The translations under genes were made by a program, and so were the position numbers. Under the pieces are notes generated by a model. That model did not search any database and was not told the DNA's origin. It saw only the letters and a list, made by a program, of their open reading frames with translations. Shown one piece after another: positions 19,869-27,483 of a stretch of DNA of 64,000 nt. Location: positions 192,001-256,000 of the forward strand of contig CAXXMV010000008.1 in the NCBI GenBank assembly GCA_963662285.2, given 5' to 3'. Every line of letters begins with the position of its first letter. The stretch's first letter is position 1. Source of the stretch: a bacterium. Lineage in GTDB: Bacteria; Hinthialibacterota; Hinthialibacteria; Hinthialibacterales; Hinthialibacteraceae.

Positions 19869-21518
19869 CTAATAAATAGACCAATCACCAACAGCTGATA
19901 TTCCAGGATCATTGGGGTCAAGGATCACGCCGCTGCCCCAGCGCACCCAATCAACCGTCATCGTACCGGAACTAGGACCAGGCCATCCGATATCCACGCG
20001 GCCATCACGATCCACCTCAGGCCATCCAACCCATCCGGTACCGTGGAAGGTTACGGCTGGTTGGCTGAAATCTCTGTTAACATAGACGTCATATTCACAC
20101 TGCTCACCAAGGGCGGCGGTATTGTTGGGATCAATCAGCGAATCCGAGCGCGATTCTTCATTGAAACGGCATACCACCGTAATGGTATTGAATTGCGTCA
20201 TATCTTGATCAAAAACTGGCTCATCGCCATTCAGGTTCCAACCGCCTAAGCGATCCTGGGCGAAACTGGGCTGCCATGATTCTCCACCGGGATGATATTC
20301 ATCCGTCATCAAGCAAGCGATAGTGCAATGCGGTCCACTAGCATCGGCGCCGCCTTCTTCATCTATGCGGAAATTGGCTTCGACGGTATATGGAACTACC
20401 CAGGCCGTTTCATGCACCATATAAAAATTGGCGTCTTCCTTATCATCAGTAATAGCCACTGTTCCATCAGTATTCTGAGTTAAGACGCCTTGCGCATTGG
20501 AACCATAGGGTTCCCATCCTTCGGCGACATAATCGGTTAATTCACTGGTTACGTCCCAATTACCCATATCAATCTGAGCCAATTGGGCGTCAAAGCCTTC
20601 GGCTACGCCAGAGCGGTATAGCCCGGTAGCGTCATTTCTACCGCCGCGCCACATCATGAATTTGCCTTTGCCCAGATAAACCACTGAAGCGTAATAGTTG
20701 CGGTTTTCGTTCCATGATCCAGCCTCACCAAGGCCGCCTACATCGTTGATCGGATCCCATTGCTCCCAGTTAAATCCATCCGATGAAACCAGGTATTGGT
20801 TTTCGGTATTGGATGCGAAAGCCCACATGCGGTAGTCATTCTGACCAATGGAAATCACACAGGTCGGATGCATAGCGGGTGGAAATGGAACAATATCAAA
20901 GTCATAAAATTCATAGCCATCGGTTGAGGAAGCCATCATTATTCCGCTGCCAGAATTGTAAAACATTCGAAATGGTTCTAATTGGCCTGGCATATATAAT
21001 ACCGCATGACCATCAGGATAAGTTCCAAGATCGGAATCTTCAGCAGATATGGACCTTTGATCGTTTTCAAAATTAATCCCATCAACGCTCTCAGCTACCC
21101 GCACTTGCCAAATCTCTTCTGGATAGCAATAATAATAAATCCGGAATGGTTTATCCCATGACGGCTCATACAGTACAACCGGACGTCCGCCGATCATCTC
21201 ACCTTCAGTGTTCAGTCCATTAACTTTCACCTGATTAGTCCAAGTGATGCCATCCGCCGATTGGGCATAGGCTAATCCGTTAATGCTGGCGAAATCAAAC
21301 CAGATGCGGAAGCGGGATTCTTCAGGCCAAGTCTCATTATAAAGTACATAAGGCATATATGACCGGTCACCCACTTCATTCAACTCTAATGGATTAACAT
21401 CAGCACGGTCAGTCCATTCTATAGACCATTTCTCTTGAGAATTTGCGGTCAAGGGGATAAAAAGCAACCCTAGAACACAAATACAACAACATTGTTGCAC
21501 CCAACTTTTCATGTTCAT
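19869..21518 (-). CDS. Secreted five-bladed beta-propeller (GH32/GH43-like) plus beta-sandwich protein; C-terminal WSIY tail
   Basis: Signal peptide; repeated A.S.DGI.W/F blades; ends ISAVGDWSIY; start moved to MNMKSW (GGAGG RBS). Confidence 0.7.
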   Translation of the reverse strand: MNMKSWVQQCCCICVLGLLFIPLTANSQEKWSIEWTDRADVNPLELNEVGDRSYMPYVLYNETWPEESRFRIWFDFASINGLAYAQSADGITWTNQVKVNGLNTEGEMIGGRPVVLYEPSWDKPFRIYYYCYPEEIWQVRVAESVDGINFENDQRSISAEDSDLGTYPDGHAVLYMPGQLEPFRMFYNSGSGIMMASSTDGYEFYDFDIVPFPPAMHPTCVISIGQNDYRMWAFASNTENQYLVSSDGFNWEQWDPINDVGGLGEAGSWNENRNYYASVVYLGKGKFMMWRGGRNDATGLYRSGVAEGFDAQLAQIDMGNWDVTSELTDYVAEGWEPYGSNAQGVLTQNTDGTVAITDDKEDANFYMVHETAWVVPYTVEANFRIDEEGGADASGPHCTIACLMTDEYHPGGESWQPSFAQDRLGGWNLNGDEPVFDQDMTQFNTITVVCRFNEESRSDSLIDPNNTAALGEQCEYDVYVNRDFSQPAVTFHGTGWVGWPEVDRDGRVDIGWPGPSSGTMTVDWVRWGSGVILDPNDPGISAVGDWSIY

Positions 21519-21686
21519 AATCCTCCATTTTGTGTAGTTTAAAAAAACGCCTGAATTCATTTATACTAAATTAACAGTGATATGTCAATCGTATGTGTTA
21601 TTAAGTATCAATTCGTAATACGGAATTGTGATTCTCTGGCCGGATAACATAAGATATTCAAGTTATAAACCTGCAGAAATTAAAAA

Positions 21687-21721
21687 ATGCCAAGAGCAAG
21701 TAATTCATCCGCTCTTGGCAT
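21687..21721 (-). terminator. Intrinsic terminator after pseudopilin gene
   Basis: ATGCCAAGAGC/GCTCTTGGCAT stem with adjacent A-run. Confidence 0.65.
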
Positions 21722-21749
21722 GTATTTTGGTTATGAATATGTAACAATT

Positions 21750-22316
21750 CTACTGGTTATGAACTCCACGCGCAGTGGCGATAAAGTCGCCGGAAGATAT
21801 CAGGCCGTTTGATGCCTGATATAGGAAGAAAAGTGGTTGATCGCTGCGTCCTGAAAGCCTATCCATGGAATCCGTGCTCCAAGGCATATCGAGATCTGTA
21901 TCCGGACCGAAACTGATCATTACGAATCCAAGACCAGTTTTAGTGATATAATCCTGTTTCCCATAATCGTAATAATTTCTTACATTACTGCCTTCATCTG
22001 ATCGACCAGTTTTTGCGGTAAAGAAGTCGCGACAGATTTCCACACTGCTAATGTAGGCCACTGGAGTAGTCAGGAACTTGAATGACCTTGCTTCATCATT
22101 AGGACCAGCGACGTCAGGCGGATAATCATTATTATCCATACGATACATTTGCAGCGCTGTAGTGATGGCCCGAAAATCGGCTTGCAGGCGGGCTATTTTA
22201 GCTTTCAATTGAGCGTTCAAAAAGTTTGGAACCGCAATGGCGGCCAAAATGCCGATAATAGCCACAACGATCAGCAGTTCAATAAGAGTAAAACCTTTAC
22301 GTTTTTGCTTAAGCAT
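21750..22316 (-). CDS. Prepilin N-terminal cleavage/methylation domain protein (GspG/PulG-like pseudopilin)
   Basis: KG|FTLIELLIVVAIIGILAAIAVPNF, LTTPVAY, SFGPD, YQASNGLISSGD; start moved to MLKQK. Confidence 0.9.
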   Translation of the reverse strand: MLKQKRKGFTLIELLIVVAIIGILAAIAVPNFLNAQLKAKIARLQADFRAITTALQMYRMDNNDYPPDVAGPNDEARSFKFLTTPVAYISSVEICRDFFTAKTGRSDEGSNVRNYYDYGKQDYITKTGLGFVMISFGPDTDLDMPWSTDSMDRLSGRSDQPLFFLYQASNGLISSGDFIATARGVHNQ

Positions 22317-22418
22317 AAGTTTTTTGTTCGTAACCTTTCCATAAAGAATAATCATTAATCTAATATGCCATAAACATAAGTATAGTTGATGTATAAGAAT
22401 TACTGAGGGTGATAACGT

Positions 22419-23081
22419 CTATTTTTGTAATGCTTGCTTGATATGCTTCACCACTTGCTCAGCTAATTGCTTTGATCCCTCATCGGTGTAATGTACATTG
22501 ACCGGTATTTGAATATCCTTTAAGCGAGGGAATGCAAATCCATATAAATCATTTACTTGAACATTATACCGTTTCATAATTTTAAGCGCTGCTTCATTAT
22601 AACGAATCACATCAGCGGGATCGCGTCTAGGGCTTACTTTTCCTTCTGGAACCGGAGTCGTGCTGCACCAGATCAAAGCGGCTTCAGTTTGTTTCAAACG
22701 CTTGACCAAACGCTCCAGCATAAGCGCATAATATTCCAAAGGAACCTGATGTTTACCATCATCAAGGTATTTAAGGTCATGCAATCCCCAGTTGAAGTGA
22801 ATTACGTCCCACTTCGTTTTTCCGATCCAGTTATCGATATTATCCCAACCTCTAATTGTCGGGCCGCCATTAGTTGGAATCCGGTGAACATTGGCGATTC
22901 CCTTGAGCATCTCGCGGGTTTGCAAGGTATATCCAATAGAGATTGAATCGCCGATCAAAAGAACTCTCGGCAAAGCTGGATCATCTATAATCTCGTCAAA
23001 AACAGAATTCTTTTGCTGCTGGGCGTCCGCCGTCGCAAATCCTGCCAAAAGCATAACAACAATAAGCAAATTTCGTTTCAT
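22419..23081 (-). CDS. SGNH/GDSL hydrolase, secreted
   Basis: IGDSIS, FNWGLHD, NVHY; start moved to MKRNLL. Confidence 0.9.
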   Translation of the reverse strand: MKRNLLIVVMLLAGFATADAQQQKNSVFDEIIDDPALPRVLLIGDSISIGYTLQTREMLKGIANVHRIPTNGGPTIRGWDNIDNWIGKTKWDVIHFNWGLHDLKYLDDGKHQVPLEYYALMLERLVKRLKQTEAALIWCSTTPVPEGKVSPRRDPADVIRYNEAALKIMKRYNVQVNDLYGFAFPRLKDIQIPVNVHYTDEGSKQLAEQVVKHIKQALQK

Positions 23082-23130
23082 AATAAGATTCCCCTTCTTG
23101 AAATTATTTATATCAAATGTTCTCAAGTTT

Positions 23131-23931
23131 TTACTGTTGATAAACCGAAACAATATTCAAACCTGTGAGTTCTATTAAGCGGTCTTCTATTGCCCTTGCT
23201 TCCTCAATGCTGATTGCCCGTAATGGTGTGGATTCATAGGGACGTAGTTCTTTGTTGTGTCCCCCGCGTGCAGCGATATGCCACGATTTGGGGTAAGGCC
23301 GGGTTGGAGTATTAAGTTGAACCTCATGCGGTTGAATATCAATCAATATTTCGGCGAGCTGATCAACATCACCCTTATTCAAGGGTAAGAACATAACTTG
23401 CACGCCTAACACTCCATTAAATCGGGTCTTAAAATGCTTGGCGCCCTGAACAATCGATTGCAGGGTTACTCCATCAACCGGGCGATTGATGCGCTGAAAT
23501 TGTTCCTCACTGGCAGCGTCAATTTTAACAAAGACGCGATCCACTTTCTGCAAGTCGGCGATTACTTCAGGGTCATTTAATAGAGTCCCATTAGTAAGAA
23601 CCAACTGGGGGATGTCGGTTATTTTGGCAATTTGACTGGCAACATCACCCAGATTCCGGGCTAAAGTCGGCTCACCGCTGCCGCTATAGGTAATAATGTC
23701 GGATTTCCGCCATAAACTGGTTTTGAAATCGTCTATTACTTTTGAAGTTTTAACAAATTCCTTACGCTGGTTTGAAACTATTTGTATAGAACCAAGTTGA
23801 CAGTAGATGCAATTAAACGAGCAGACCGAAGTTTCTAAGATCAGATCAATGCCCAAAGATTGGCCAACTCTCCATGAAAGGACAGGACCATACACAGTTG
23901 ATTCAAATTCATTGTTGTCTTTTTTCATCAT
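23131..23931 (-). CDS. Radical SAM protein (COG0731/TYW1-like)
   Basis: YGPVLSWRVGQSLGID, CSFNCIYC, SGSGEPTL, LTNG, KIDA, QLNTPTRP. Confidence 0.85.
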   Translation of the reverse strand: MMKKDNNEFESTVYGPVLSWRVGQSLGIDLILETSVCSFNCIYCQLGSIQIVSNQRKEFVKTSKVIDDFKTSLWRKSDIITYSGSGEPTLARNLGDVASQIAKITDIPQLVLTNGTLLNDPEVIADLQKVDRVFVKIDAASEEQFQRINRPVDGVTLQSIVQGAKHFKTRFNGVLGVQVMFLPLNKGDVDQLAEILIDIQPHEVQLNTPTRPYPKSWHIAARGGHNKELRPYESTPLRAISIEEARAIEDRLIELTGLNIVSVYQQ

Positions 23932-24560
23932 CTCTAATCCTGGAACGTAGTTATTTAGTTTTAACATTATCTAAAATATTCAAGTATCGCCTATCCATTC
24001 AGAAAAGATTCTACAAGTTAATTATTACTTATTTCAAAAATTAACCAATGTAGACATTACTATAATGACTAATATATAAATTATTATGGGAACTTAACTC
24101 TAATATAGTCAACATGTGTCAATAAACATATCTTGACTATCAATATTATGTAATCTTTCTAAAATGTTTTTATTATTTTTATATAGGTTTTTATATCAAC
24201 CCATATCTAAACGAGTTTTGCCAAAATTGACAAACCTCATAATTGATAATGTTGGTAAAATAAAATGGATACAAAAAATATTTCTATTTTCTGAATAAAT
24301 AAGGGATTTTTCAATATTACGCTAATATAAAAGTAATCATTATCGATAATTATGGGAAATAAAAAAGATTGAATAACCGACAGCGCTATAACTTTAATTA
24401 TTGAACATACTATTATAATTACACTTATATAACTTATAATAAAGTTAATTATTAATTATAATTGTCGTCATATATTTTTTATTGGCTAGCGAAGTCATGA
24501 GATGTCAAGATTATAATAATCGAATAATATCTTTTTTCATATAAAATCACTGAGAAACTC

Positions 24561-24591
24561 TGTTGAAAACCTGTGAATATTTTGTTCATAA
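24561..24591. promoter_or_regulatory. Three tandem DnaA-box-like 9-mers at 11-bp pitch
   Basis: TGTTGAAAA, TGTGAATAT, TGTTCATAA; each has 1 mismatch to TGTGNAWAA; in a long AT-rich intergenic region. Confidence 0.45.
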
Positions 24592-24920
24592 GGCACTGTT
24601 TTTTAATTATTTATATCAGATTATTTTATTTAAAATAGAGATATCTCCTATCATTAAGTGTAAACTTTTAAAAAAAATCTCTTGACGATTTGTTTGAGTT
24701 GTATAAACTATGTATTCGGATACAGTTTATTTACTTGCTTTAATGTTCAAATTTTCAATTCTAATTATTAAGTATTAGTCATTTTTGTCGCAAATATCTT
24801 ATCGTGTTATTATTAGGTAGTAGCAGGGATGTTAACTTAGCCCCTGCTATTGTTCTGGAAAAAAACGCTGTTTTGTTCTGGATGTCAAGTTTTTGTTATT
24901 TACTATTAGGAGTTAAGCGT

Positions 24921-25295
24921 TTGCCACACGTAGTTATTTCTGGGGACGCACCTGGAATAGACCTTAGTCAGGACCTGGTTCCAATTTCTTACAAGGACGA
25001 TGCTTACCGCATCAAGACTGAAGATATTTATATTGAACGCCAAGGAAACAAGGCGCTAATATCGACAATTGTTATTGAGGAAGGACATCCTCAAACGTTC
25101 TATATCCTTGTTACGAAAAACTGTACCGAGAATCACCTGACTATTCGTCTTGATCCATCCACAGATCCAATCAAAACCTGCGGCGTCAAACGTTCTATTG
25201 CTGTGGTGGCAGAGGATTTAATCGGTCGAAAACCGAACCTGGCCATTGAGCGGCATAATATACAAGATTATCTGGATTCTACAGTATCCCTATAG
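24921..25295 (+). CDS. Hypothetical protein (MPHVV... family)
   Basis: TTG start after AGGAG RBS; MPHVVISG...IRLDPSTDPIKTCGVKRSIA. Confidence 0.7.
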   Translation: MPHVVISGDAPGIDLSQDLVPISYKDDAYRIKTEDIYIERQGNKALISTIVIEEGHPQTFYILVTKNCTENHLTIRLDPSTDPIKTCGVKRSIAVVAEDLIGRKPNLAIERHNIQDYLDSTVSL

Positions 25296-25404
25296 TCTAT
25301 GTGGAAACTAACTTATCTAGATAAGAAAGGAGATTCTTTCGAAACCGAGCAATTCTAGTAAACAGTAAGAATCTGCCGAGTAACGGAAGAGATGGTTGTA
25401 ATCG

Positions 25405-26124
25405 ATGGAAACTATCCAGAAGAAAAATGAAGCAACCTCAAAAAGCGCCCGTGAAGCCATCGAAAATCATCTGGTGCAGGAATGGGGTATGGCGCCGGAG
25501 ACGGCGCGGCGGTTCGTAAACCGCCAACCAGGCTTAACCCTTAATGAAGCTGTTCTGTATATGAGGTCTGTAACGCGAGGCTATCGGCTTTTATACAAAC
25601 GTACGCATGGCCAACGCATCAGCCCGATTCTTTTGCGTCGTGCAGCTGAAATGGCTATGGAACGCACTGCTCGACGGCGACAACCTTTGACGGAAAAGGA
25701 TTTGCAGTATTTATTGCAACAAGCCAGAGATTCAACCGATGCTGATATCGCACGAAAAAGCGATCCCCAAACCGAAGAAGGACGCATCCGTATTCTTCGT
25801 CCGCTTCGTGAAGCTGTCATGTGCGAAGAAGACGCCATAACCCGCAACCGGCTGCTTGGAGTTGCGGAAGTATTTATCATTAATAGTTACGTGCTTAACA
25901 AACAAGGTTTGATCAACGAATGCCTTCAGCAGGAAGAGATTTTTCCCAACCGCCGTACGGTAGATGAAACACTTGAAATTTTGCGCACCTCATATGAAGC
26001 GCTGGGCTTCTCCAAAGACGATGTATTTATCGCATCAGCTTATCTAGATGTACCTTATGGCAAAGTGGACACGCGTAAGAAAAAGAAGGTCATGGAAAAC
26101 ATTGCACCGAGTATTACAGGGTAA
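25405..26124 (+). CDS. Hypothetical helical protein
   Basis: 239-aa ORF followed by a strong terminator; no family recognised. Confidence 0.7.
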   Translation: METIQKKNEATSKSAREAIENHLVQEWGMAPETARRFVNRQPGLTLNEAVLYMRSVTRGYRLLYKRTHGQRISPILLRRAAEMAMERTARRRQPLTEKDLQYLLQQARDSTDADIARKSDPQTEEGRIRILRPLREAVMCEEDAITRNRLLGVAEVFIINSYVLNKQGLINECLQQEEIFPNRRTVDETLEILRTSYEALGFSKDDVFIASAYLDVPYGKVDTRKKKKVMENIAPSITG

Positions 26125-26148
26125 CAACCTTTACCAATATAGACAATT

Positions 26149-26180
26149 AAGCCGCGCTGAAAAGCGCGGCTTTTTTATTT
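26149..26180 (+). terminator. Intrinsic terminator
   Basis: AAGCCGCGCT-gaaa-AGCGCGGCTT followed by TTTTATTT. Confidence 0.85.
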
Positions 26181-26265
26181 TTCATCAGAATTATTTTTGA
26201 AAATTTATATTTACTTGTCCATTTTTCGTAAAAAATATTGTATAGAATTATAAGAGGAAAAATTA

Positions 26266-26835
26266 ATGTCAGAAAATGCACAAGATTCGATCATCCGGCG
26301 TATTGGCAGAGATGATCCATCAGTATACGCCGATATCATCCGTATTTATGCGGATGATGTGATGCGATTGTGCTTCCTCATACTAGGCCATCAACAAGAT
26401 GCAGAAGAAATACTCCAGGAAACCCTGGTGAAGTTTGTTACTTTGGTAAGAGAAGGAAAATTCCGACAGCAAAATGGTTCCATCAAGGGATTATTAATGA
26501 CCTGCGCCAAAAATCTTTGCTTTAACCACTTAAAGAAAAAGTTAATTATTCTCTCTTTTCAAGATGATGAAACAAATCTTCCATCCATTCTTAAGGAAAA
26601 TTGGACTCCCATGCGACATTTGGAGGAAAAAGGAAAACAAGACTTATTAGAATTCGCCATCATGAAACTACCCGATTCACAACGAATTGTTTTAACGCTC
26701 CGAGAACTAAATGGTGAATCGTATCAGGAAATCGCTGAAACATTACGAATAACCATTGAGAACGTTCGCAAAACGCTCTATCGGGCGAGAAAAAATTTGA
26801 GAGCGATTTTAACGCCATATCGAGATCAATTATGA
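26266..26835 (+). CDS. ECF sigma-70 factor
   Basis: DAEEILQETLV (region 2), LPDSQRIVLTLRELNGESYQEIAETL...LYRARKNLR (region 4). Confidence 0.92.
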   Translation: MSENAQDSIIRRIGRDDPSVYADIIRIYADDVMRLCFLILGHQQDAEEILQETLVKFVTLVREGKFRQQNGSIKGLLMTCAKNLCFNHLKKKLIILSFQDDETNLPSILKENWTPMRHLEEKGKQDLLEFAIMKLPDSQRIVLTLRELNGESYQEIAETLRITIENVRKTLYRARKNLRAILTPYRDQL

Positions 26836-27461
26836 ACGGTAAAAAACGGCAAGATTTAGAAGAACGCCTTTCTCAGAGTTTCGACGCAGGTCTTCAACAC
26901 GGCGAAACACCTGAAGAAAATTCTATTATGAAAGATTATCGGGATATCCAATCTTCTGTTCGTTCATTCAGTTCTATTCAATATAATCAGAAAATCTTAA
27001 AAAGAAGGATCGAGCAAGATAGCCAGATAAAGAAAAAGACCTGGAAATATTTCGCTGCGGCGGCATGTTTCGCCATTATTATCTGCGGAGCCGGGTTACT
27101 GCTAACTCTTTCATCCCACCGCACTCCCCAGCCAATCTTACGGTTTTCTTTTTCTGATAACTCTATAATTCCGGCTCAAATCGCCGACGAATTAAAAAGT
27201 GATTTGCTAGTAGGGAAAACGATTGTAGTCCCTTACGATGAGACGCTAAACATAGAACTCGAAGATGGAACCCGTCTAATTGGCGCTAACCAAGCGATTT
27301 TGAGCCTCGATTTCATCGGTCGGCGCCAAGTCGCCTTGTCTGCTGGCGCCATAGAAATTCACGCTTCAAAAAACAAAGACATTCCGCTTGTAGTTGATCT
27401 GCCTATGGGAACTGTTCAAGTCGTGGGGACGGTTTTCCATATTGAATTATCCGATGAGTAA
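26832..27461 (+). CDS. Anti-sigma factor with TM helix and N-terminal part of a FecR domain
   Basis: ATGA overlap with sigma; TM AAAACFAIIICGAGLLL; LEDGT..RQVALSAG..PLVVDLPMGTVQVVGTVFHIELSDE-stop. Confidence 0.85.
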   Translation: MNGKKRQDLEERLSQSFDAGLQHGETPEENSIMKDYRDIQSSVRSFSSIQYNQKILKRRIEQDSQIKKKTWKYFAAAACFAIIICGAGLLLTLSSHRTPQPILRFSFSDNSIIPAQIADELKSDLLVGKTIVVPYDETLNIELEDGTRLIGANQAILSLDFIGRRQVALSAGAIEIHASKNKDIPLVVDLPMGTVQVVGTVFHIELSDE

Positions 27462-27483
27462 ATAAAGATCGGGGAGTTATAGA

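Noticed and set aside
25320-25400. Possible c-di-GMP or c-di-AMP riboswitch
   Set aside because: Lacks GGCAAA/GACGCAAA or ydaO core motifs
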